Source: Candidatus Hydrogenedentota bacterium
GTDB lineage: Bacteria > Hydrogenedentota > Hydrogenedentia > Hydrogenedentales > SLHB01
Reading direction: 5' to 3'
Length of the DNA: 64,000 bases
NCBI GenBank assembly: GCA_045863335.1
Contig: BTVY01000031.1
Location: forward strand, 1 to 64,000
Shown in pieces: positions 51,412 through 59,837 of this stretch. The stretch's first letter is position 1. Each line of letters starts with the position of its first letter. Under the pieces are notes generated by a model that saw only the letters and a program-made list of their open reading frames with translations, was not told the DNA's origin and did not search any database. The position numbers and the translations under genes were made by a program.

Positions 51412-51858
51412 TTAGTTCGTGAAACCCCCTCCTGGTTCTGCCACCGGTTCGGATCGGTGGCCCTCAATTGCGTCGAGTATATCGGTAAACGATCCAAATC
51501 TCTTTGGTCCATTCTTGGGAAAAGTCACTCGACGGACACCAGCCGAGCCCTTAACTATGACCCGAACGTACCGATCGGTATCGCGATCGACTTCGCACCC
51601 GTACTCGTTGAGCTTTGCCCACAAGACCGCCGTACGGACTCGCCATTTTCCTTTTGGGCGATTCGTGCGGGGGGATGATGAAAAGAAACGAATCCGCTGA
51701 GGTAGTTCGTCTTCCTCGAAATGGCACTGGACGGCTTCACCGACTTCTTCGTACAGTTCGTCCAGGCTGGAAGCCTCGGCGAAAATATCAATGCCAAAGG
51801 CCCTTGCCAGATAGCTCCGATTCGAAACTTTCTCAATATCGAACAGGATTTCTCTCAT
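51412..51858 (-). CDS. Putative HicB-like antitoxin domain fused to a degenerate HicA-like domain
   Basis: N-term YLARAFGIDIFAEASSLDELYEEVGEAVQCHF (HicB partial RNase H fold pattern); C-term LNEYGCEVDR...RRVTFPKNGPKRFGSFTDIL (HicA dsRBD-like pattern). Confidence 0.55.
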   Translation of the reverse strand: MREILFDIEKVSNRSYLARAFGIDIFAEASSLDELYEEVGEAVQCHFEEDELPQRIRFFSSSPRTNRPKGKWRVRTAVLWAKLNEYGCEVDRDTDRYVRVIVKGSAGVRRVTFPKNGPKRFGSFTDILDAIEGHRSEPVAEPGGGFTN

Positions 51859-51896
51859 CGCGGTTCCCCGTCGCGACTAAACTCGAAACGTCAGCA

Positions 51897-53462
51897 CTAT
51901 GCGCCTTTGAGTGCCCGTTTGTCGATCTTGCCTGTCGGCAACATGGGCAGGTTCGAACTCACCTCAAAGCGCTTGGGCACTTTGTAGTTCGCGAGGCGTT
52001 CGCGGCAGTGGGCGGCGAGGGCGGCGGCATCGATTTCGCGGCCTGGGTAGGGCATGACATAGGCGTGGCCGACTTCCTGGAACGTCGGGTCGGGCGCGGC
52101 GATGACGGCCGCCATCAGCACGCCGGGATAAGATTCGATCGCATCCTCGATCTCGCGGGGATAGACGTTCTCTCCTCCGCTGATGAACATCTCGGACTTG
52201 CGCCCCGCGATGTGGATGTAGCCGTCCGCATCCATGGACGCCAGATCGCCGGAGTAGTACCAACCCTCCGCGTCCATCACCTCCGCCGTCAAGTCGGGCC
52301 GGTTGTAGTAGCCCTTCATGAGGAAGGGTCCGCGCACGGCGATCTCGCCAATCTTGCCCGACGGCAAGGGCTGCCGGTGGTCATCGACGATCCGGAGTTC
52401 AAACTCCGGCGCGCACTTGCCCGCGCTGTGTAGCAGCCGTTCCTTGCTGTCGCCGGGGATGGTATAGGTGACGAACCCGCACATCTCCGTCGTGCCATAG
52501 CCGGTCAACACGTTCGCGCCCGCTTTCTCGGCGATAGCGGTCAACACATCAACCACCAACGCCGGGGCCGCGGAACCGGACCAGATGAACGCGGTCACAT
52601 GGCTCCAGTCCGTTTCAGGAAACGTGGGCACCCCGAACTCCATCAGGAACATGGCGGGGACTTGCCCGAAGACGTGGACCCGCTCGCGCGCGACGGTTTC
52701 CAACGTCGCCGCCGGGTCGAAACGTTCCATCATCACGCAAGTTCCGCCCGCGTACACGCAGGCATACCCGATCTCCACATCCGCGGCCACGTGATTGATG
52801 GGGAAGTGGAGCAATCCCCGCACGCCTTCACCCATGCCGAACGCGCGTGCTTGCACGGCCAGATTCGCCAGAATACTGGCATGGGTATGGACGACCCCCT
52901 TTGGCTTTCCCGTCGAACCGGACGTGTACATGAGCAGCGCTTCGTCCTCGGGCGCGACCTCTTCGGCGCGCTTCGTTAGCGCCTCATTGAACTCTGGTCG
53001 CGGCTTCATGACGTACGACTCGAACGATTCCGTGCCCTCGACGGGATCGCCGATGACGAGGATCTTTTTGAGAAAAGAAAACTCACGTGCCAGGGCAGTC
53101 AAATCTTCGCCGAAGTCACGGTCGAGATAGGAACGGACCGCCACCAGCACCGTGGGTTTACAGTCCGCGATGATGAAGCGAAGCTCGTCCAGCCGGAACT
53201 TGGGCGACAAGCCAAACCACATGGCGCCCACCTTGTTCGCGGCCATGTACGTGGTCAGGAACTCCGGTCGCGCCATGGACAGCAGTCCAACTCGGTCTCC
53301 CTTCTCCACGCCTGCTTCGAGAAAGGCCTTCGCGACCAGGTCCATCTGATCCCTGAGCCAGCCGTAGTCGCGCCGTTCACCGCCGAAGGCAATGGCCTCC
53401 CGGTATGGGCAACGTTCCGCCCAGTGCTCCACGTAGTGCCACGTGAGGGATGAATCCGGCAC
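51897..53462 (-). CDS. Acyl-CoA synthetase (class I adenylate-forming, long-chain fatty acid-CoA ligase-like)
   Basis: YTSGSTGKPKG, GYGTTE, YSGDL, GRKSEMFISGGENVYP, GKIDK. Confidence 0.92.
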   Translation of the reverse strand: MPDSSLTWHYVEHWAERCPYREAIAFGGERRDYGWLRDQMDLVAKAFLEAGVEKGDRVGLLSMARPEFLTTYMAANKVGAMWFGLSPKFRLDELRFIIADCKPTVLVAVRSYLDRDFGEDLTALAREFSFLKKILVIGDPVEGTESFESYVMKPRPEFNEALTKRAEEVAPEDEALLMYTSGSTGKPKGVVHTHASILANLAVQARAFGMGEGVRGLLHFPINHVAADVEIGYACVYAGGTCVMMERFDPAATLETVARERVHVFGQVPAMFLMEFGVPTFPETDWSHVTAFIWSGSAAPALVVDVLTAIAEKAGANVLTGYGTTEMCGFVTYTIPGDSKERLLHSAGKCAPEFELRIVDDHRQPLPSGKIGEIAVRGPFLMKGYYNRPDLTAEVMDAEGWYYSGDLASMDADGYIHIAGRKSEMFISGGENVYPREIEDAIESYPGVLMAAVIAAPDPTFQEVGHAYVMPYPGREIDAAALAAHCRERLANYKVPKRFEVSSNLPMLPTGKIDKRALKGA

Positions 53463-53465
53463 GAC

Positions 53466-54353
53466 TCAGCTCCCGTCCTTGCGCAGTTCGACGTACCCAT
53501 CGCTGATCGCGTTTTTGCCGTCGGCATTTTCGATTTCGAAGAAGGCCTGATCCATGGCGTCGTTCTCGATTTTGCCAAGCAGACGCAACGTGATATTCGT
53601 ATCCGGCTTGACCATCCCCGAGAACCGGCAACTGACCCGCTTCAACCGTCGCGGGTCCCCGCCGGCTTCGCGATTGACGATATCGCGCAAGGCCCAGGAC
53701 AACGTGCAGGTTCCATGCACGATGGTGCCGGGCAGTCCGACAAACTTCGCGAACTTGGTTGATGTGTGAATGGGGTTGAAGATATCCGCGCACCCGTCGT
53801 ACACATGCGCTGCCAGTGGATGAACGTGCAGATTCTCTTCCCACAACGGCGGCCCGTTGCTGTCCAGCTTCGGAACTTCAGGAACATTCTCCGCGCCCGC
53901 TCCCTTGTCCGTGCACTTCACACCGCGCAACAGGGACCCCGCGTATTCGGTAAACACCGGCTCGCCGCTGGAGTCCGTCGCGCGACAGCGTATCGTGAGA
54001 AACGTCCCCGCGCGATGGGGCATGACCGACGCGAGATCCGCCACGATGGTCAGCCTGTCTCCGGGCCGCATGACGCGATGAAACTCGATGGTCTCCGTGT
54101 AATGCACTTGCCGGACCAGCAACTCCAACGGAAACTTGTCCGCGTCCCAATACTGGTCCGCATCTTTTCCAAACGGCCACGTCAGCGCCACGCTCAGCAT
54201 GGGCGGCGCGATGATGCCTTCCTCGCGTTCATCGTGAAAATACCAGGGGTTGTTGTCGTCCACGCCCGCGGCGAAGTTCATCGCGTGCCGCCAGGTGATT
54301 TCCTGTTCAAGTGGACGGGACACACTTCCCGTGTATGAAGACGTAACTTTCAT
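53466..54353 (-). CDS. MaoC-family double-hotdog (R)-enoyl-CoA hydratase-like protein
   Basis: IIAPPML, FHRVMRPGD, DIFNPIH, GLPGTIVHG, RFSGMVKP. Confidence 0.8.
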   Translation of the reverse strand: MKVTSSYTGSVSRPLEQEITWRHAMNFAAGVDDNNPWYFHDEREEGIIAPPMLSVALTWPFGKDADQYWDADKFPLELLVRQVHYTETIEFHRVMRPGDRLTIVADLASVMPHRAGTFLTIRCRATDSSGEPVFTEYAGSLLRGVKCTDKGAGAENVPEVPKLDSNGPPLWEENLHVHPLAAHVYDGCADIFNPIHTSTKFAKFVGLPGTIVHGTCTLSWALRDIVNREAGGDPRRLKRVSCRFSGMVKPDTNITLRLLGKIENDAMDQAFFEIENADGKNAISDGYVELRKDGS

Positions 54354-54490
54354 TGGTAGACTCCGTTTGCACCGGGTACAGCGAGGGGAACGGTACCATG
54401 TTTTCGCGCCGTTTTCGAGTCTAAATCACGGGGAAACAACCCGCCAGGCACCCTCGCGCGGAAGACCAAAACGCAAGCAATTCCTTTCAG

Positions 54491-54543
54491 GTTTTGGTCA
54501 TTCGAGTTTATTTCGGATTTCGTGCTTCGAATTTCGGATTTGG
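54491..54543. repeat. ~50-bp dispersed 7-mer-period repeat, copy 3
   Basis: TTTTGGTCATTCGAGTTTATTTCGGATTTCGTGCTTCGAATTTCGGATTTGG. Confidence 0.75.
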
Positions 54544-54560
54544 CTGCCCGTGCGTGGCGA

Positions 54561-55421
54561 TCAGACGCAACTGTCGAGATACTTGAGGATGATCCGGTCG
54601 CGCCACCGATCCGGCAGGTAGGTCAACAGGCACTGTATCTTGGCGTCGCGTCCCACGACGTATCGCGTGCGCGGCCGCGGCGAACAGAACGCGTGCTCGA
54701 CCACGCGCGAAACCTCGTCGACCGGTAGCGCCTTGCCCGCACTCAACAGAGCTGCCTTTTTTGCCTTCTTGATGAGCGTCCCGTAATACTCGCGCGTCTG
54801 CGGCGGAAGCTTCGCAATGCGTTCCTCCGCCGCACCCAATGACTTCTCCCAGATGGGCGTATGGATGGCGCCCGGTTCAATAATGACGACCTCGATCCCC
54901 CATGATCGCAATTCCATCCGCAGCGAGTCGGTCAGCGCTTCCATCGCGAACTTCGACGCGCTGTACGGTCCGCCCATGGCCATGGACATGCGGCCCGCAA
55001 TCGAACCGATGTTGACGATTCTTCCCTGCGCCTTGCGGATGAGCGGGAGAAAGGCTTGCGTCACCGCGATCTGCCCGACAACATTGATTTCCAGTTGACG
55101 GCGGAGATCCTCGATAGGCAGGAACTCCAATGGGCCGTTGATGCTAACGCCCGCGTTGTTCAGCAACCCGTTAAGGCCGCAGTCCCCGGCTTCATCCGTC
55201 ACGCGATCGGCCGCACGGGCGATTTGTTCCGCGTTCGTTACGTCAACGAGCAGCGAAGAAATCTGCCCCGGCCGCTGCGATTCCAGTGCCGCGCCGTCGG
55301 CCTCCTTGCGCACCCCCGCGAATACATGAAAGCCGCGGTCCGCAAGCCGTAACGCCGCCGCGTAACCGATGCCAGTCGACGCACCCGTGACAACGATGTA
55401 GCGCTTTGGGGATTCGGCCAT
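54561..55421 (-). CDS. SDR family oxidoreductase (retinol/17beta-HSD-like)
   Basis: TGASTGIG, LLNNAG, GRIVNIGS, YSASK. Confidence 0.92.
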   Translation of the reverse strand: MAESPKRYIVVTGASTGIGYAAALRLADRGFHVFAGVRKEADGAALESQRPGQISSLLVDVTNAEQIARAADRVTDEAGDCGLNGLLNNAGVSINGPLEFLPIEDLRRQLEINVVGQIAVTQAFLPLIRKAQGRIVNIGSIAGRMSMAMGGPYSASKFAMEALTDSLRMELRSWGIEVVIIEPGAIHTPIWEKSLGAAEERIAKLPPQTREYYGTLIKKAKKAALLSAGKALPVDEVSRVVEHAFCSPRPRTRYVVGRDAKIQCLLTYLPDRWRDRIILKYLDSCV

Positions 55422-55512
55422 TGCAGTCGCCCTTTCATCCAGTCCCACCGATGGGGCATCATTCTAACAACCTTGCTCGCACGGCGCGAACCCCAGGAGA
55501 CGTCCTATACCA

Positions 55513-56376
55513 ATGGCTGTCGTTCGCAAAACTACCTTGGTTTCCGGTTGTAATCTCCACGATCGGCTGGAAGCGCTCTACGGTCGGCTCAATCGGCCGG
55601 AGTACATCTCACCCGATCCCTTGCAGTTCCTCAGCGGTTACCCCGAAGCCGCGGACCGCGAAGTCGTCGGCATGATAGCGTCTTGCCTGGCCTTCGGCAA
55701 CGTCCGCCAGATTCTTCGCAGCGTTGCCAGCGTGCTCGATCGAATGCCCGCACCTGCTGAATTTTTGGACATCGCCACGCGGCGGAAACTCGAGCGAACC
55801 TTCGCCGGATTCCGGCATCGCTACGTCGCGGATGCAGAGCTTGTCGATCTGCTCCTGGGAATTAAGCAATGCCGGGAAACTCACGGAAGCTTGGAGGCGC
55901 TATTCCTCACCGGGGACCACGCGGAACACGAAACGGTTCTGCCGGCGTTGGAGCGGTTTGTCCATGAGTTGGCGTCGTTCAGCCGTTTACCCGCCAACTA
56001 CCTTCTGCCCGATCCCCGGCGCGGCAGCGCCTGCAAGCGGCTCCACTTGTTCCTCCGCTGGATGATTCGTAAGGATTCCGTCGACCCCGGCGGCTGGGAA
56101 CACATCAGCGCCGCCCGCCTCATCGTACCGCTGGACACGCACATGCACCGGATTTCACGTGCGCTGGGGCTGACCCGCCGCAACGCGGCGGATATGCGGA
56201 CTGCCCTGGAGGTGACGGAAGCGTTTCGTGCTGTCGTCCCAGAGGATCCCGTCCGGTATGACTTCGCCTTGACAAGGCTGGGCATCCGAGGGGATACTAT
56301 GGGCACTGAATTCCTTCGGGAACTCGGCCAACCAATCCGATCGGCCGGCATCCCGAAGGCCCCTTCAAGCACTTGA
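55513..56376 (+). CDS. TIGR02757 / DUF2400 family protein
   Basis: SPDPLQF, LAFGNV, SACKRLHLFLRWMIRKD.VDPGGW, PLDTH, DPVRYDFAL. Confidence 0.9.
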   Translation: MAVVRKTTLVSGCNLHDRLEALYGRLNRPEYISPDPLQFLSGYPEAADREVVGMIASCLAFGNVRQILRSVASVLDRMPAPAEFLDIATRRKLERTFAGFRHRYVADAELVDLLLGIKQCRETHGSLEALFLTGDHAEHETVLPALERFVHELASFSRLPANYLLPDPRRGSACKRLHLFLRWMIRKDSVDPGGWEHISAARLIVPLDTHMHRISRALGLTRRNAADMRTALEVTEAFRAVVPEDPVRYDFALTRLGIRGDTMGTEFLRELGQPIRSAGIPKAPSST

Positions 56377-56557
56377 AGGGGCGGCGCGAAACGACCTCCG
56401 CGTAGCGCCGCGATCATGGGGGATCCTTCCCGTTCAAGCAGGCAAATTTCGTCCTGCGGTGCAGGTACTCGGTCCGCGAGTTCCCACTGAACCAGGGAAA
56501 CCCATTAAACAAATGTGCAAGGAAAGTAATATCAATCGGCAGTAAGGAGAAACAGCT

Positions 56558-57160
56558 ATGCCTACCTTGGTGACAAAACCGGCGCCGGATTTCAAGTCGC
56601 AGACGGTCATGCCGGACAACTCGTTCGCGGAAAAGTCCCTCACGGAACTGCGCGGTGGAAAGTATGCCGTCGTGTTCTTCTATCCCTTGGACTTCACGTT
56701 CGTGTGCCCGTCGGAGATCATCGCCTTTGACAAGAAGCTCGGCGAGTTCAAGAAGCGCAACTGCGAAGTCATCGGAGTTTCCGTAGACTCGCACTTCACC
56801 CACCTTGCTTGGAAGAATACGCCCGTCAACAAGGGCGGAATCGGAAATATCCAGTACCCGCTGGTCGCCGACCTGACCAAGAAGATCGCGGAACAGTACG
56901 GCGTGTTGCTTACCGACGCGGGCGTTGCGTTGCGAGGCCTGTTCCTCATCGACCGGGACGGCGTCGTTCGCCATGCGCTCATCAATGACCTTCCGCTGGG
57001 CCGCAACGTCGACGAGGCCCTTCGTCTGCTCGATGCCCTTCAGTTCCACGAAAAGCACGGCGAAGTCTGCCCGGCGAATTGGAAGCAAGGGGAAGATGGC
57101 ATGCTGGCGACCGCAGACGGCGTCGCTGCGTATCTGACCAAACACGCGTCTGCCAACTAA
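56558..57160 (+). CDS. ahpC: Typical 2-Cys peroxiredoxin (AhpC/Prx1)
   Basis: [28 protein letters not shown]; AAGGAG SD. Confidence 0.93.
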   Translation: MPTLVTKPAPDFKSQTVMPDNSFAEKSLTELRGGKYAVVFFYPLDFTFVCPSEIIAFDKKLGEFKKRNCEVIGVSVDSHFTHLAWKNTPVNKGGIGNIQYPLVADLTKKIAEQYGVLLTDAGVALRGLFLIDRDGVVRHALINDLPLGRNVDEALRLLDALQFHEKHGEVCPANWKQGEDGMLATADGVAAYLTKHASAN

Positions 57161-57189
57161 CCGCAACTGCAAGCGGACCAGTCGATATC

Positions 57190-57223
57190 AGGGCGTTGGA
57201 ACAATAGTTCCAACGCCCTTTTT
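57190..57223 (+). terminator. Rho-independent terminator of ahpC
   Basis: AGGGCGTTGGAAC-AATA-GTTCCAACGCCCT followed by TTTT. Confidence 0.85.
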
Positions 57224-57237
57224 GCGCGTGGAATCCG

Positions 57238-58344
57238 CTAATCGGAGTCGACAAGGGCGGGCCGGTCGGAGGTGCTGGTCTCCGTCAACTCCTCCGCCTC
57301 TTCTACCGCGCTGCCGCTCAGCTCGCCAAAGCCAAATCCCTCCCGGTACAGCGAGTACAGCCCCAGGATGAGGATGGGAATCATGTTGGAGACGTGGGCC
57401 ACGATGGCCAGGGCTACCGCGTCGGGAAGTGTCACATTCGGCACCGTCATGAGCAGCCCGCCGACGATGGGGATATGGAACTGGCCCAGCATGCCCGGGA
57501 CGCCCGGCGCGCTCACGAAGAACGCCAACACCGTTTGCACGACGAACGGCGCGTACCAGGGCCAGTCCATCTCAAAGGCTTCCATGAGAAAGGTGTAGCT
57601 GAGAAGAAAAGCGGTCCAGGTCAGCGCCGTAAATGACAGCGATTTGATCATGTCGCCTACCGATCGAAAGACATGGAGCCCGTCCGCAAACTGTTGAAAT
57701 AGATGGCAGGCCCAATCGGCAAGCCTCTTTGACACCAGACCCAGCACGGATCCGGTCAGTCGAAGCACCAGTTCCTGCTTCCAATACAAGACAACCAGCG
57801 TCACCAGGATCGCGAAGAGCATTACCGTCGTGCCCTCGCCTCCCGCGACCACCAGTGTTTTCGGGATGGTTGGCGGATTCTCGATACCGAAGATTCCGGA
57901 GGGCAGCACGATATCGCTCTCGGGGCGATACGCGATTACCGCAACCAGCATCACGGCCATCAGCCCGATCAGGTCGGTGACCCGGTCCAGCGCGCATACG
58001 GCGAGGCCTTTGGAGAAGGACATCTTGCTCAACCGGGCCAGGACCAGCGGACGCACGAACTCACCGAGCCGAAGCCCGATTGTGAAGTTGACCAGGAATG
58101 CGAGTTGGGTGGCGCTGAACATGCTCCGAAATGTGGCCGGATGGACGGCGCGCACGATGTACTTCCAACGGACGATGCGAATCCAGAAACTGGCCCAAAT
58201 GGGAATCTGCGCCGCCAGCAGCCAGCCCCAGTGCATTTTGGTGAGGGAAGCGTACAGCTCCCGCCACTCGACACCCCGGAAAAGCAGCCAAGTGAGCAAT
58301 GCGGCAACCGCGATTCCGGCAAGGATTTGGATGATGCGTTTCAT
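57238..58344 (-). CDS. Lysylphosphatidylglycerol synthase TM-region (UPF0104, flippase-like) protein
   Basis: IRIVRWK, VNFTIGLRLGEFVR, LDRVTDL, APGVPGMLGQFH; multiple TMs. Confidence 0.85.
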   Translation of the reverse strand: MKRIIQILAGIAVAALLTWLLFRGVEWRELYASLTKMHWGWLLAAQIPIWASFWIRIVRWKYIVRAVHPATFRSMFSATQLAFLVNFTIGLRLGEFVRPLVLARLSKMSFSKGLAVCALDRVTDLIGLMAVMLVAVIAYRPESDIVLPSGIFGIENPPTIPKTLVVAGGEGTTVMLFAILVTLVVLYWKQELVLRLTGSVLGLVSKRLADWACHLFQQFADGLHVFRSVGDMIKSLSFTALTWTAFLLSYTFLMEAFEMDWPWYAPFVVQTVLAFFVSAPGVPGMLGQFHIPIVGGLLMTVPNVTLPDAVALAIVAHVSNMIPILILGLYSLYREGFGFGELSGSAVEEAEELTETSTSDRPALVDSD

Positions 58345-58502
58345 ATCGTTCCAGACTTTCAAGTGAACCGCGAACTATAGCATACGTCAACCCCCGGTTC
58401 ACCCGGACTGGGCCTCTCGAAACGCCGCACTAAACCATTGACCGCCCCCGCGCATCCCACAGGACGAGAAGGGGCAAGCCCGCCTCGGGGTCTTGAGGGG
58501 TA

Positions 58503-59837
58503 ATGGGAGGACGCAGTGTGCGGCGCATTTTCAACCTGCCAGTGCTGATCGCGGTTGTCGCATTGATCGGCGGAACCGGGGTCATGTTGCTGTTACTATC
58601 GATGCAGAACTCGAAAGCTTCCTCCGCTATTCAGGAGACAGAAAGCGCGCTGCGTGTGGAAGCCCTGCGCGTGCACCCGGCGCAAATCCCCGTCGTCATC
58701 GAGGGGCACGGGCAAGTCCACGTCCGAAAGACCGTCCGAATCGCGCCGGAAGTCTCGGGGCGCGTCGTATCCATCCACCCCAACCTCATCGCCGGCGGGC
58801 GGGTGCCCGCAGGGGAGCCGCTCTTCGAGATCGACGACCAGCCGTACAAGGCGCTGGTCGCGGACGCCGAAGGCACCGTCGCCCAACTCGAAGCCGCCGT
58901 CTCCAGGCTCCGGGAGGAGTCGAAGAACGAGCAGGCGCGGCTGGAGTCGCTGCAGCGCGCCCGCGATATCGCCCTCGCCCAGTTCGAACGGCTCAAGGAG
59001 TTGTTCGCCGAGGACGTGGGAACCCGGACGGGCGTGGACGCCGCGGAAGCGGAGTATGTGGCCGCCCGCGATGACGTCGATAAGCTCGCGCATCAGCTTG
59101 GGCTTTATCCGATCCGGATCGACGAAGCGCAATGCGCTCTCGATTCCGCCCGCTCGCGTCTGGATCTCGCCCGGCTCAATCTCGAGAAGACCCGCGTCCT
59201 TTGCCCCTTCAATGCGCGCGTTAAAGAACGGTCGATTGAAAAGGACCAATACGCTGTCGAAAGCGTGGACGCCGTCGAGTTAGCGGATGATTCCGTGCTG
59301 GAAATTCCGGTGCCGCTCGATAGCCGGGACGCGCGACGTTGGCTTCGGTTTCGCAACCCATCTGCCGGCAACGAAGCCATGTGGTTTGGCGATCCCGAGC
59401 CTGTGGAGTGTGCTGTCTACTGGACCGAAGACGAACGCGCGGCACCCTGGACGGGCATCCTGGACCGCGTGGAATCCTTTGACGAGACCTCGCGAACGTT
59501 GACCGTCGTCGTACGTGTCTCCGGCATGGACCATCAGGACAGCAGCGCCCGTTTGCCTCTGGTCGAAGGCATGTTTTGCCGCGTCGAGATCCCAGGCCAG
59601 GCCATGGAGGATGTCTTCACACTACCGCAAAGCGCGGTGAGTATCGACAACACCGTGTTCCTCGCCGTTGAGAATCGCCTCAAAACGGCCGCAGTCGAAG
59701 TGCGGCGCCAGCATGATTCTTTCGCCTACGTTTCCGGCGGACTCGAACCGGGCGACCTGGTCGTAACATCCCGGCTCATAAAGCCCCTCGACCATTCGTT
59801 GCTCGATGTCACCGTTCTTCCGGATCCCGCGCAATGA
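58503..59837 (+). CDS. RND efflux periplasmic adaptor (membrane fusion protein)
   Basis: N-terminal TM; IAPEVSGRV, coiled hairpin, LEKTRVLCPF, LVEGMF, GLEPGDLVV. Confidence 0.88.
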   Translation: MGGRSVRRIFNLPVLIAVVALIGGTGVMLLLLSMQNSKASSAIQETESALRVEALRVHPAQIPVVIEGHGQVHVRKTVRIAPEVSGRVVSIHPNLIAGGRVPAGEPLFEIDDQPYKALVADAEGTVAQLEAAVSRLREESKNEQARLESLQRARDIALAQFERLKELFAEDVGTRTGVDAAEAEYVAARDDVDKLAHQLGLYPIRIDEAQCALDSARSRLDLARLNLEKTRVLCPFNARVKERSIEKDQYAVESVDAVELADDSVLEIPVPLDSRDARRWLRFRNPSAGNEAMWFGDPEPVECAVYWTEDERAAPWTGILDRVESFDETSRTLTVVVRVSGMDHQDSSARLPLVEGMFCRVEIPGQAMEDVFTLPQSAVSIDNTVFLAVENRLKTAAVEVRRQHDSFAYVSGGLEPGDLVVTSRLIKPLDHSLLDVTVLPDPAQ

